A DNA stretch of 64,000 bases, taken from positions 3,504-67,503 of the forward strand of contig CAYGPK010000007.1 in assembly GCA_964351975.1 (NCBI GenBank), given 5' to 3'. Positions 45,193 to 55,151 of this stretch are shown piece by piece (within the stretch, counting starts at the first letter, position 1; each line of letters starts with the position of its first letter). The notes under the pieces are model-generated. The model was not told the origin of the DNA and did not search any database. It saw only the letters and a list, made by a program, of their open reading frames with translations. Position numbers and translations under genes: made by a program. Origin of the DNA: an uncultured Methanosarcinales archaeon. Its GTDB lineage: Archaea > Nanobdellota > Nanobdellia > Woesearchaeales > UBA583.

Positions 45193-45468
45193 ATGGCATC
45201 AAAAAAAAGAGAGAGATTAGAAGTTATCTACGATATACTAATTGCAATTAAAAACAATAATAATGAATTAGGTCCAACTCGTTTATTATACTCTTCTAAT
45301 TTATCTTCACAAATGTTCAAAGATTATATTAATGAATTAATTAGTAAAGACTTAATTATTGAACTAGAGAAAAAACAAAAGAAATATTATTCTCTATCTA
45401 AAAAAGGAATTGAATTTATTAACAAATACAAAGAGATTAAAGTTTTTATTGATAATTTTGGGTTGTAA
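45193..45468 (+). CDS. Small winged-helix DNA-binding protein (archaeal HTH_45-like)
   Basis: RERLEVIYDILIAI...GPTRLLYSSNLSSQMFKDYINELISKDLI...YSLSKKGIEFINKYKEI matches the archaeal wHTH family pattern. Confidence 0.7.
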   Translation: MASKKRERLEVIYDILIAIKNNNNELGPTRLLYSSNLSSQMFKDYINELISKDLIIELEKKQKKYYSLSKKGIEFINKYKEIKVFIDNFGL

Positions 45469-45541
45469 AAAACAGATATACTTATTTTAATTCCTTTATA
45501 TGACAAATAAACTTTATTAAGTATTATTAACAAAAATTCTT

Positions 45542-46150
45542 ATGGCATTAGATTTTTATCAAACTTATTTAACTATAAGACCCCTAGTTATTTTTATTCT
45601 TGCAATGAGTGCATATAGTATTTTTATTTTTAAATTCTACAGATTCCTTGCAAAAAAAGATATAATTGAACTTAATCTTAAGAAAAAATATTCAAGAGGA
45701 AATCATTATTTAGTTAAAAAGTTTTTTTCAATTGGTTTATATATATTAGAATTTATTATATTACTTCCTATATTTATTTTCTTTTGGTTTGCAGTTTTAG
45801 CAATACTTTTAATATTTTTAACTAAAAGCCAATCTGTTGAGACAATATTACTTGTTGCAATGGCTGTTGTAGGAACTGTGAGGTTAACTTCTTATTATAA
45901 TGGGGATTTATCTAAGGATTTAGCAAAAATGCTTCCATTTGCCCTATTAGGTGTTCTGTTAATTGATATTTCTTATTTTGATTTAACTTCTTCACTAAGC
46001 TTAGTAGATGAGATAAGAACACATCTAGGATTAATGCTTTATTATCTAGGATTTATTATAGTACTTGAAATTCTTGCAAGAGGAACGTATAACTTATTAA
46101 GATTAATATTTAAATTTGATAAAGAAGAAGAAATTGTTGTTAAAGAATAA
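45542..46150 (+). CDS. Polytopic membrane protein
   Basis: Hydrophobicity only. Confidence 0.5.
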   Translation: MALDFYQTYLTIRPLVIFILAMSAYSIFIFKFYRFLAKKDIIELNLKKKYSRGNHYLVKKFFSIGLYILEFIILLPIFIFFWFAVLAILLIFLTKSQSVETILLVAMAVVGTVRLTSYYNGDLSKDLAKMLPFALLGVLLIDISYFDLTSSLSLVDEIRTHLGLMLYYLGFIIVLEILARGTYNLLRLIFKFDKEEEIVVKE

Positions 46151-46154
46151 TAAT

Positions 46155-48941
46155 TTATTGTAATTTAATATCAATCCCTTGTAAATTTCTTTGTTCTTTA
46201 AATTCTGCTTTAATTGAAAGTTTAATTATTTCCGTAAATAAAACAATAGTTGAACTAACTGTAATTATTATAATCCAATCAATTAATGATAATGGAACTG
46301 TTAAAAAAAGATTTTGTCCAAAATCTGAGTATATAACTAGCTGTGTTAATAGGAAAGAAACTCCTATTGCTAAAAATAAATAGGGATTATTAAAAAAGCC
46401 TTTATCAAAAATTGTTGTGTGTAGACGTCTAGCATTTAATGCGTGAAATAATTCAAATGTAATTAAGGTTGCAAAAGCTATAGTCATTGCTTTTTCCAAA
46501 GAACTCTCTACAATAAATAATTCCCACATAAACAACCCCAATGTTCCAAATAATAGAAATGGAATTAATATCATTATTTTAGTTAATATATAGCTAGATA
46601 ATAACCTTTCTTTAGGGCTTCTTGGGTTCTGATTCATTACTTTATCATGGGTTGGTTCAATACTTAGTGCTAAAGCTGGAATTGTACTTGTAACTAAATT
46701 TACAAATAATATCATAAGTGCAGTTAATGGAAGTGAAAGATTTAAAATTACAGCAAGAACTATTATTCCAACTTCAGTAAAATTTCCAGTTAGTAAATAA
46801 TAAATAAACCTTCTTATATTACTATAAACTGTTCTTCCTTCTTTTACAGCTTTAACAATTGTTGCAAAGTTATCATCTGTTAAAACCATATTAGATGCCT
46901 CTCTTGCAACCTCCGTTCCATTTTTACCCATAGAAATTCCAATATCTGCCTTTTTTAATGCTGGAGCATCATTTACACCATCCCCAGTCATTGCTACAAT
47001 TTCTCCAGTCCTTTGAAAGGAATTTACAATTCTTAATTTATGTTCTGGAGTTGTTCTTGCAAAAATAGAAATTTCACTTATTATGTCATCAAGTTCATCA
47101 TCTGTTAACTTATCAATATCAACTCCTTGTAAAATTTTGTTTGAACTATGCTTAAATAAATTTAATCGTTTACCTATATTTTCAGCTATCAGTTTATGAT
47201 CTCCTGTTATCATAACAATCTTTATTCCTGCTTTATGACATTCATCAATTGCTGAATAAACTTCTTCTCTTATAGGATCTTCAATTGCAACAAAACCTTC
47301 AAAAATATATTTTGAATTTAAATTTGATTGAATTAGTTGTTTATTATCATTTTTTTTAGATACAAGTGATTTAGATGCAAGAGATAATACTCTTAACCCA
47401 TTTGAATTTATTTCTTCTATATTCTTTATAATATTATTTTTAATTTGTGGAGTTATTTTTTTAATTTTTAAACTTGAATCTCTATAAAATAAACATTTGT
47501 CTATAATTATTTCTCCTGCACCTTTTATATAAAAATCAATTCTATTCTTATCTTTAACATTTTGATTTACAGAAACCATATATTTTTTAGCTGGATCAAA
47601 TGGTTCTAGGTATACTCTTTTATTATCTTCTCTAACTACATTTTCATCTATCTCCAAACTTTTAGCAAGAGTTAAAAGAGCACCCTCAGTTGGTTCTCCT
47701 TCTAATTTCCAACTATTATCACTAAAGCTTATTTCTGAGTCGTTACATAAAATTAAGGATTTTAAGAACTCTTGAGATATAGGAATTTTAGATTTTTGAA
47801 TTTCATTAGTTGTGTCATTTAGATAAAATTTATTTATTGGTTCATATCCATTTCCTTTTATATCAAATATATCTTTATTTCCTAAAAATAATTTAACAAC
47901 TCTCATTTTATTTTCTGTTAAAGTTCCAGTTTTATCTGTACAAATTACAGTTGTTGTACCAAGAGTTTCAACAGAATTCAAATCTTTTACAATAGCATTT
48001 TGTTTTGCCATTTTTTTTATTCCATTTGAAAAAGTAAGTGTTAAAGCAAGAGGAAGACTCTCAGGAATTCCTGCAATTGCAACAGCACTAACTAATAACA
48101 AAGAGAAGTATAAAGAATTACCCTTTAAGAAAAGAATTAAAAATAAAAGAATTGAAATTGATAAAATGATATAAGAAATCCTTTTACTCATTAAATCAAT
48201 TTTTTTTGCAATTGGGCTTTTCTCATTTTTAATATTACTAATTGAAGAAGAGATTTTACCTATAAATGTATTTATTCCAGTTTCTACAACTATTCCAACC
48301 CCACTACCTTTTGTTACAAAAGTTGAACTAAAAACCATATTTTTCAAATCAGAAGTACTTAAATTTTCTTCAGATAAATGTTCTGAAATTTTAATTCTAT
48401 CTTGAGATTCACCAGTTATAATAGATTCATTAATTTGAATTCCAGAAACTTCTATTAATCTTAAATCTGCAGGAATTATATCTCCTCTTTTTAGATAGAC
48501 AATATCACCAACTACTAATTCTTGTGTTAAAACTTCTTTTTTTTCTTTATCTCTTAAAACTAAAACTTTTTTAGCAGATAATTTATTTAATGCTTTTATT
48601 GTTTTATCTGCTTTGTATTCTTGAAAAAACCCTAATAGTATAGTTATTAAAATTATAGCTAATATAATTATAAATTCTACAACCTCATTTGAAAAAAAAG
48701 CAATTAGACTTGCTACAAATAATATATATATAAGTAAAGAATTTGTTTTATCCCATAAAACTCTAAATCCTTGAAAAGACTCTTTAGCATTTATTTTATT
48801 TTCGCCATATTCATTTAATCTTTTTTTAACCTCTGTTTCAGTTAAACCTTGTTTTGAAGATTGAAGCTCTTTAAATGTCTCTTCAACAGTTCTTAGATGC
48901 CAATACTTATCATCTTTTATATGACTATTATTCATTTTCAT
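46155..48941 (-). CDS. P-type cation-transporting ATPase (type II, Ca2+/cation pump-like)
   Basis: TGES, phosphorylation site ICTDKTGTLT, MITGD, hinge TGDGVNDAPALKKADIG, and 10-TM topology. Confidence 0.9.
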   Translation of the reverse strand: MKMNNSHIKDDKYWHLRTVEETFKELQSSKQGLTETEVKKRLNEYGENKINAKESFQGFRVLWDKTNSLLIYILFVASLIAFFSNEVVEFIIILAIILITILLGFFQEYKADKTIKALNKLSAKKVLVLRDKEKKEVLTQELVVGDIVYLKRGDIIPADLRLIEVSGIQINESIITGESQDRIKISEHLSEENLSTSDLKNMVFSSTFVTKGSGVGIVVETGINTFIGKISSSISNIKNEKSPIAKKIDLMSKRISYIILSISILLFLILFLKGNSLYFSLLLVSAVAIAGIPESLPLALTLTFSNGIKKMAKQNAIVKDLNSVETLGTTTVICTDKTGTLTENKMRVVKLFLGNKDIFDIKGNGYEPINKFYLNDTTNEIQKSKIPISQEFLKSLILCNDSEISFSDNSWKLEGEPTEGALLTLAKSLEIDENVVREDNKRVYLEPFDPAKKYMVSVNQNVKDKNRIDFYIKGAGEIIIDKCLFYRDSSLKIKKITPQIKNNIIKNIEEINSNGLRVLSLASKSLVSKKNDNKQLIQSNLNSKYIFEGFVAIEDPIREEVYSAIDECHKAGIKIVMITGDHKLIAENIGKRLNLFKHSSNKILQGVDIDKLTDDELDDIISEISIFARTTPEHKLRIVNSFQRTGEIVAMTGDGVNDAPALKKADIGISMGKNGTEVAREASNMVLTDDNFATIVKAVKEGRTVYSNIRRFIYYLLTGNFTEVGIIVLAVILNLSLPLTALMILFVNLVTSTIPALALSIEPTHDKVMNQNPRSPKERLLSSYILTKIMILIPFLLFGTLGLFMWELFIVESSLEKAMTIAFATLITFELFHALNARRLHTTIFDKGFFNNPYLFLAIGVSFLLTQLVIYSDFGQNLFLTVPLSLIDWIIIITVSSTIVLFTEIIKLSIKAEFKEQRNLQGIDIKLQ

Positions 48942-49099
48942 TTTATACCTATAATTAAAGATTTTAGTTTATTAATATTTAGATTAATGTTGTAGTTATA
49001 CCTTTAAAATATATTTATAAAAAATGGTTTCATAGAATATCATTAAATCATTAAGAAATTGTTGTTAAAGAATAATGATTAAAAAATGTTTAATTAATA

Positions 49100-50707
49100 T
49101 TAATCAAATCTTTTTTTATCTTCTGATGCCATTTCAACAACAGGTCTTCCACCACGTCTACTAAATGCACTAATAATTTTATCAGCTTGATCAGATGGAA
49201 CATTAACAAATGAGAATTTACCATTAATTTTAATACTATCTCCATCAATTCTAATTCGTGATTCCTTTTCTAAAAAGTTAAATAATTCTTTTTTACCAAA
49301 GTTATCATCTTTACCTTTAGCAATAAAAAGTCTAACTGATTCAGAAGAACCACGACTTCTATCACGACCACCTCTATCATTACCTTCTCTACCTGAAGAA
49401 CTACTTTGTTCATTTTCTTCTCTTTTATTAATTTTTGAAAGTAGAGCTGAAACAATTTCATCAGCACCAAACTCTTTAACTAAATCTTTAGCCATCTCCC
49501 TATAATCATTATTTTTACCAGCTTGAATAAGACCTTGTAATTCTTTTTTGAATCCAGCACTTTTTTTCTCTGCAATATCTTTAAAAGAAGGTAATCTTCC
49601 TTGTTCAATTTTAGAGTTTGTAACTTTTTCTAAATCTCTTAAAATAAACTTTTGTTTAGGAGAAATAAATGAAATTGCAATTCCACTTTTACCTGCTCTT
49701 GCAGTTCTTCCAATTCTATGAACGTAATTTTCAAGTTCTTTAGGAATAGAGTGATTAATAACATGTGTTAAATCATTAACATCAATACCTCTTGCTGCAA
49801 CATCAGTTGCAACTAAAATGTTAATTTTTTGCTCTCTAAAATTCTTTAAGATTTTCTCTCTTCTTGCTTGAGGGATTTCTCCGTGAATACAATCTGCATC
49901 GTATCTTGCTTTTCTAAGTTTTTGTGTTACATCATTAACATCTTCACGAGTCATACAAAAGACAATCCCATAGAAAAAGTCTTCTCCATCAATAATTTTA
50001 CAAAGAGCATCAAATTTTTCTTCTCTCTTTAAAATTAAATATGTTTGTTTAATATCAACTTTTGTCTCAATTTTATTTTCAACTTCAACAATAATTTGAT
50101 CTTTCATATATTTCTTTGATAAAGATTTAATTTTAGGAGGCATTGTTGCTGAGAATAATAATACTCTACGAGTTTTAGAAGTCTTTTGAAAAATTAATTC
50201 AATATCCTCAATAAAACCCATTTTAAGCATTTCATCAGCTTCATCTAAAACAAAATGTTCTACTTTAGATAATTCTAATGAACCTTTCTTAATTAAGTCT
50301 AAAACTCTTCCTGGTGTTCCAATAACAATATCAACACCTTTCTTAAGTTCTCTCATTTGTGTAACAATTGGACTTCCACCGTATACTGTTAACAAATTTA
50401 ATCTCTTTTTACCTGTAAATTCTCGCAGCTCAGTTGTAACTTGCAGGGCAAGTTCTCTTGTAGGAGCTAAAATAATTACTTTAGGAGTTTTGTTATTCTC
50501 ATCAATTAAATCAATAATTGGTAATCCAAAAGCACCAGTTTTACCTGATCCTGTTTGTGATATCCCAATAATGTCATGTTTGTTTTCTAAAACTAAAGGG
50601 ATAATTTTGGCTTGGATTTCACTGGCAGTTGTGAAACCTTTCTTTTTCGTTGCATTTAGTGTATTTTCACTTAAACCCAACTCTTCAAATGTTACGTTTT
50701 TTTTCAT
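49100..50707 (-). CDS. DEAD-box RNA helicase, DeaD/CsdA-like with RG-rich linker and C-terminal RNA-binding extension
   Basis: SQTGSGKT, PTRELA, DEADEM, SAT, HRIGRTARAG, then GREGNDRGGRDRSRG and a DbpA-like tail. Confidence 0.9.
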   Translation of the reverse strand: MKKNVTFEELGLSENTLNATKKKGFTTASEIQAKIIPLVLENKHDIIGISQTGSGKTGAFGLPIIDLIDENNKTPKVIILAPTRELALQVTTELREFTGKKRLNLLTVYGGSPIVTQMRELKKGVDIVIGTPGRVLDLIKKGSLELSKVEHFVLDEADEMLKMGFIEDIELIFQKTSKTRRVLLFSATMPPKIKSLSKKYMKDQIIVEVENKIETKVDIKQTYLILKREEKFDALCKIIDGEDFFYGIVFCMTREDVNDVTQKLRKARYDADCIHGEIPQARREKILKNFREQKINILVATDVAARGIDVNDLTHVINHSIPKELENYVHRIGRTARAGKSGIAISFISPKQKFILRDLEKVTNSKIEQGRLPSFKDIAEKKSAGFKKELQGLIQAGKNNDYREMAKDLVKEFGADEIVSALLSKINKREENEQSSSSGREGNDRGGRDRSRGSSESVRLFIAKGKDDNFGKKELFNFLEKESRIRIDGDSIKINGKFSFVNVPSDQADKIISAFSRRGGRPVVEMASEDKKRFD

Positions 50708-50822
50708 TTTATTATAGCGTAAGATTCCTATAAAATAAGTTATATATTAAAAATTTCAAATTTATTTCTTAAAAATCCTAATATAATTAATGAATACTTG
50801 TTTTTAAATAGATGTGTTCAAA

Positions 50823-51320
50823 CTAATCTTTGACACAAATTCCCATTGGATAGCCAGCACCATTCCATTGACAATCTAAACCTGCTTCTTGAGCTATGCC
50901 CCCCATACAAAAGGTAAATACTATGGGAGTATTTCCTGAACTACAAGTCATATATGGGTTTGATTGACCTATAGCACAATTAGTTGCACTTCCATAAGCA
51001 TTACCTAAAATACATCTACCTGTAATCTTTCCAGTTTCACTGCTTGATGTTGTTTGATTTGTCCCATCTGAAAAAAATAATGCACCCGAGCTAATATTAA
51101 TTGAACCATTAATCTCTAATTTCTGTGTTGGAGTTGGAGTTCCTATTCCAACATTACCATTTATAAAACTATAATTTCCATTAAATGTACCTTCTAAAAT
51201 TTCATTAGCTGTATGGAATCCTACAGCATAAACTAAGCCAAATAATAAAAAAAATGTTAAAATAATAGTAGTTAAAAATCCAACACCTATTTTCACACCT
51301 TTAATAAAATCTTTATCCAT
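50823..51320 (-). CDS. Membrane-anchored surface protein with tail-fibre-like GNVGIGT..P..KLE..G motif; N-terminal paralog of 40095-40808
   Basis: MDKDFIKGVKIGVGFLTTIILTFFLLFGLVYAVGFHTANEILEGTFNGNYSFINGNVGIGTPTPTQKLEINGSINI. Cys-rich C-terminus. Confidence 0.55.
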   Translation of the reverse strand: MDKDFIKGVKIGVGFLTTIILTFFLLFGLVYAVGFHTANEILEGTFNGNYSFINGNVGIGTPTPTQKLEINGSINISSGALFFSDGTNQTTSSSETGKITGRCILGNAYGSATNCAIGQSNPYMTCSSGNTPIVFTFCMGGIAQEAGLDCQWNGAGYPMGICVKD

Positions 51321-51413
51321 ATTAAAATATTTAAAAGAATTACTTTTAAATTTTTATTTTATTTTTAGATAGTATACTTAAGAGAGCTATATAGAAAAAT
51401 TAATTAAAAAGAA

Positions 51414-51569
51414 TTATCTTCTTCTAAACTTTCTAACTGGTTCTTCAATAATTGTACTAGAACCACAATCTTTACAAGTTTGTGATGTTTTTGCTTTAGA
51501 ACCTTTTCCGTGGGAAAAATTTTTTCTTTTTTGAATATTTTTGGAATTGCAATTAGCGCAGTGTGCCAT
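51414..51569 (-). CDS. Zinc-ribbon micro-protein (51 aa), below the ORF-track cutoff
   Basis: MAHCANCNSKNIQKRKNFSHGKGSKAKTSQTCKDCGSSTIIEEPVRKFRRR has two CxxC pairs. Its ATG directly abuts the stop of the upstream gene (TAAATG). Confidence 0.5.
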   Translation of the reverse strand: MAHCANCNSKNIQKRKNFSHGKGSKAKTSQTCKDCGSSTIIEEPVRKFRRR

Positions 51570-51716
51570 TTATTCTTGAGACCTCTTTTTTCGATAACAA
51601 GTTTTACATAGAATTGTTCTACCTTCAATTGGTTTGAAAGGAACTTCTGTCTCTTCTCCACATTTTGTGCAATTTACTTTATAATAAGTTTTTTCTTGGT
51701 TATTGTATTCATCCAT
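51570..51716 (-). CDS. CxxC-x17-CxxC zinc-ribbon protein (48 aa), below the ORF-track cutoff
   Basis: MDEYNNQEKTYYKVNCTKCGEETEVPFKPIEGRTILCKTCYRKKRSQE. There are exactly 17 residues between the CxxC pairs, with the family-typical VPFKP...R..LC..CY. Confidence 0.6.
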   Translation of the reverse strand: MDEYNNQEKTYYKVNCTKCGEETEVPFKPIEGRTILCKTCYRKKRSQE

Positions 51717-51842
51717 TTTTTAAAAATATATAACATATAGGGAAATAAACTTCAGTTAAGAAGGATAAAAATCTAAATTTATACTTACTATATTTGATTT
51801 GAGACTATTTATAAGATTTTGTATAAAATTTGAAAAGTGTAG

Positions 51843-52676
51843 TTAATTTTCACAAACTCCTTCATATAAAATATTTGCATCACTTGCTTTTGCAAGGCAA
51901 CTATTACTAAATGTTTCTTTAATAGGATTACAAGGTGCTCTTATACATTGAATTTGAACTTCACCACAAACTGGTCTGTATTCTCTAGTACAAGCTACAG
52001 GTTTTTCTAATTCATCAGTTTCATTATCAATTGAGTCATTTGAACTATTAATAGTTTCATCTATTTTCTCTACATAAGTATTTTTACCATCGCTGCATTG
52101 ACGTGGATATGATTCCATAATAAGGTTTCCAGAATCAACACAAGTTTCAAAATCAACTACTTTTAATTCTCCTTCTACTTTTTTAGAAAACAAATCTCTA
52201 AAAAAATCAATAATTCTCTCAAATAATGTTTTATCAGTTAAAGGTTCATCCCTTCTATCAACTCCACTGTAAATAATGGTGTTTAAATATTCTAAATCTG
52301 AATTAGCATCTTTAATCTCTTTTGTTCCACTACAAAGTCCAGTACCTAACTCATTTTCATATTCATAAGCATAAATCAAATAAGAACTATTTTCTTCAAA
52401 ATTATAACCACAAGCAGCACTATCCTTATTTGTGTAAATTATTTTATTTTTATCAATACTTCCTTTATAGGATTTACTTAAACTCATTTTAATTTCAAAT
52501 TGATTAAACCCTGTAATTATATTTTCATTCTCAGTAATATCTATAACTTTTCCAATAAAAACTTCATCTGACCTATTAAACTTATTTTCAATAGAATCAT
52601 CAGCTATACAACTACAAGCAAGAGCTGTTCCTATAAGACTTATTAACAATAGTAAATACAATACAATTTTTTTCAT
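51843..52676 (-). CDS. Secreted fusion: TIMP/NTR-like N-terminal domain plus C-terminal Kazal-like domain
   Basis: Signal ending ALA, then CSC at the predicted mature N-terminus with RSDEVFIGKV (TIMP-like pattern). The C-terminus CTREYRPVCGEVQIQCIRAPCNPIKETFSNSCLAKASDANILYEGVC is Kazal-like. Confidence 0.55.
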   Translation of the reverse strand: MKKIVLYLLLLISLIGTALACSCIADDSIENKFNRSDEVFIGKVIDITENENIITGFNQFEIKMSLSKSYKGSIDKNKIIYTNKDSAACGYNFEENSSYLIYAYEYENELGTGLCSGTKEIKDANSDLEYLNTIIYSGVDRRDEPLTDKTLFERIIDFFRDLFSKKVEGELKVVDFETCVDSGNLIMESYPRQCSDGKNTYVEKIDETINSSNDSIDNETDELEKPVACTREYRPVCGEVQIQCIRAPCNPIKETFSNSCLAKASDANILYEGVCEN

Positions 52677-52734
52677 AATAGTATAAAAGAAATATTATTT
52701 ATAAATATACTAATAATTTCAAACTAGTTTGAAG

Positions 52735-54618
52735 TTATCTATTAAATAAAATTCTATTTAAAATTTCATATAGCTCATCAGCTAATAAAGATTTTATTGA
52801 ATTTCCTGAAATTTTATGTATTTCAAAATGTAAATGTTCATCTATCTTAAATCTTTTAGCATTAATTCCAGTTCTTCCTCCAATTCCAATGTTTTCCCCA
52901 GAGGATATAATTTCTCCTGCTTTAACTAAAGTTTCAGAAAGATGAAAATAAGCATACAAATAATTATCATTAGGATTAAAAATTACGACAACATTTCCAG
53001 ATTTAGGCCCAAGTCCACCTCCAAGATAAGAATTAAGATCTTCATTACCCGTCCATTTATCCATACTCAATAAAACTAAACCTCCTTTAATAGCATTTAT
53101 AGGTAATTTTGAATCAGGATTTGACTTTTGATAATATATATCTATAGCATCTTCATGATTTAAATTTAAAATATTTGGTTTAGGAAGAGTAAATTCTACA
53201 TTTTGATTGAATAAGCTACTGTAATTATTTATTTGAATATTTTTTTCATTAAATATCTGTATATAAAGTTTAACTAAAGTAAAATATTCTTCAAGATACT
53301 TTCTTAAAAATATAGAATTTTCTAAATTTAAATAAAAATCTTTCAAAATAGTATTATCTTTAAAAAACCTAGATCTGTTCTTTACTAATCGGGGAATTGA
53401 GTTTACAAATGAATCAGAATAAAAAAATATAGAAATTTTATATTGGTTTGAAAATAAAAGATTTTTAAGTTCATCTTTTGTAATTTTTCTTTCATTAATT
53501 AAAGAAATTAATTTTTCGTATTTTTCTTTATCAACTAAAACTTCTTTTAATTCAAAATTAATTGTTTCCTTAATTGTATCTTGTTTTATCTCATTTTGTG
53601 TAATTGGTTCTTTTTCCATCTCGATTTCATTAATTTCGTTTGGAAATAGAATTAATGTTGTTGTAACAAGAATTACTCTACTAAATTTCTCTAAAAATCT
53701 ATTTATCCCTTCAGGAAAAATATTTTTTATAAGTTTAAATTCAAGATTTAAGGTTTTATTTTTATTATCAATATTAAATTGAAGATAGGGATTTAGTTCT
53801 AATAAGATTTCTTCAACCTCATTCTTTATTTTTTCTATGGCCTTACTTTTATAAGATTCTTTCTTTAAATTTTCAAATGTGTTATTTAATTCTTCTTTGG
53901 TGTCTTCTACAACTTTTAGGATTTCTTTTTGTTTTAATATAATTAGTATTAACAAATAATTTGAATTTCTAACTCTAATCTCATTTAATTTAAGAATTTG
54001 AGAAAACATTTCTAAAATCTTTAATATGTTTTCTTTTTTCAAATCATTAGTAATAGTATCTAATTTTTCAAATTCTTTCTTTAAAGCAGAATCTAAAGTT
54101 GTTTTATCCTCATAATAAGTGGTTATTGGAGAAAGTTTTTTAACTATTTGAAAATTTTGTAGATTTAAATCTAGAGCTAAATTTTTTTTAATTCCAAAAA
54201 GAATTTTCTTATAAATTTTAGAAATATTATTTAATTTAAATTTAATTCTTCTTTTAATAAAAAAATTAAATTGGGATTCGTGAAGTTTTTTAAATTCTTC
54301 ATTTAGATTCAATAATGTGTCAAGTGGCATATTAATTGAAGTACTTATTGATTCTTTTTCGTTTAAAAACATTTTATTTAGAAAAAAATAATAATAATTT
54401 AATTGTTCTAATTCCTCTTTTAAGTATTTTATTATCTCTAAATAATTTTTTGGCTCACTATTATCTTCTTTTATTTTTTTAAAATTAGCTTGAAAAGAAG
54501 TTATTTTTTCTTCTAAATCAATTAAAATTTGTTTTGGATCTTTCTCAAATTTAAAATCTTTAGTTTCTTCTCCTAAATTTAAATCTCGATTTAATTGCTC
54601 AAACTCAAAAAATTTCAT
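52735..54618 (-). CDS. Large coiled-coil protein with C-terminal M23 (LytM-type) metallopeptidase domain
   Basis: The C-terminus GNVVVIFNPNDNYLYAYFHLSETLVKAGEIISSGENIGIGGRTG...HLHFEI carries M23 hallmarks. A long Lys/Glu/Asn-rich helical N-terminal region precedes a hydrophobic segment near residue 320. Confidence 0.7.
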   Translation of the reverse strand: MKFFEFEQLNRDLNLGEETKDFKFEKDPKQILIDLEEKITSFQANFKKIKEDNSEPKNYLEIIKYLKEELEQLNYYYFFLNKMFLNEKESISTSINMPLDTLLNLNEEFKKLHESQFNFFIKRRIKFKLNNISKIYKKILFGIKKNLALDLNLQNFQIVKKLSPITTYYEDKTTLDSALKKEFEKLDTITNDLKKENILKILEMFSQILKLNEIRVRNSNYLLILIILKQKEILKVVEDTKEELNNTFENLKKESYKSKAIEKIKNEVEEILLELNPYLQFNIDNKNKTLNLEFKLIKNIFPEGINRFLEKFSRVILVTTTLILFPNEINEIEMEKEPITQNEIKQDTIKETINFELKEVLVDKEKYEKLISLINERKITKDELKNLLFSNQYKISIFFYSDSFVNSIPRLVKNRSRFFKDNTILKDFYLNLENSIFLRKYLEEYFTLVKLYIQIFNEKNIQINNYSSLFNQNVEFTLPKPNILNLNHEDAIDIYYQKSNPDSKLPINAIKGGLVLLSMDKWTGNEDLNSYLGGGLGPKSGNVVVIFNPNDNYLYAYFHLSETLVKAGEIISSGENIGIGGRTGINAKRFKIDEHLHFEIHKISGNSIKSLLADELYEILNRILFNR

Positions 54619-54667
54619 ATTATAATTAAATTAAATTTTTTTACTTTAAAAATATAACTAAAAATAT

Positions 54668-55048
54668 TTATTCTTCTGCTTTTTTATAATTAGTAATATT
54701 ATGAGTTCCACAATCAGGACAATGTTTCCAAATTGGTTCTAATTCCTTTTTACAAGTCATACAATTCTTATAAGAATCATCATGCCATTTATCTTCTCTG
54801 TGTATTATTATTTGTCCTATAATTATTAAAACAGGAATAAAGGTTACAATTTGCTTAATTAAAAAAATATTACTATTCTCATGAAGAGCTGTAATAATTA
54901 AAATTCCAAATCCTAATGCTAATAATACATGATATATTATTGATAAATCTCTAACCTCTTTGTGTTTGTGTATTTTATATATCTGAAACCAATAACTAGA
55001 TCCAAGTATAATTATTGCAATCCAAGATAAAACAATTATTAAATCCAT
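54668..55048 (-). CDS. 3-TM PQ-loop/SemiSWEET-like membrane protein fused to a C-terminal zinc ribbon
   Basis: YWFQIYKIHKHKEVRDLS resembles the PQ-loop motif. The C-terminus has CMTC...CPDC. Confidence 0.45.
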   Translation of the reverse strand: MDLIIVLSWIAIIILGSSYWFQIYKIHKHKEVRDLSIIYHVLLALGFGILIITALHENSNIFLIKQIVTFIPVLIIIGQIIIHREDKWHDDSYKNCMTCKKELEPIWKHCPDCGTHNITNYKKAEE

Positions 55049-55151
55049 TTAATCTTAGGATTTTTATTATTTATAAGTGCTTTGTTTTTAATTTTTCTAA
55101 TCTTTATATAATCTCATCTTTTTTAAATAGAAATTGATTATTTATATTTAG

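Noticed and set aside
51404-51661. 85-aa track ORF on the minus strand
   Set aside because: It has Lys-rich composition and no motifs, and it overlaps two well-formed zinc-ribbon ORFs in other frames that have proper start/stop junctions.
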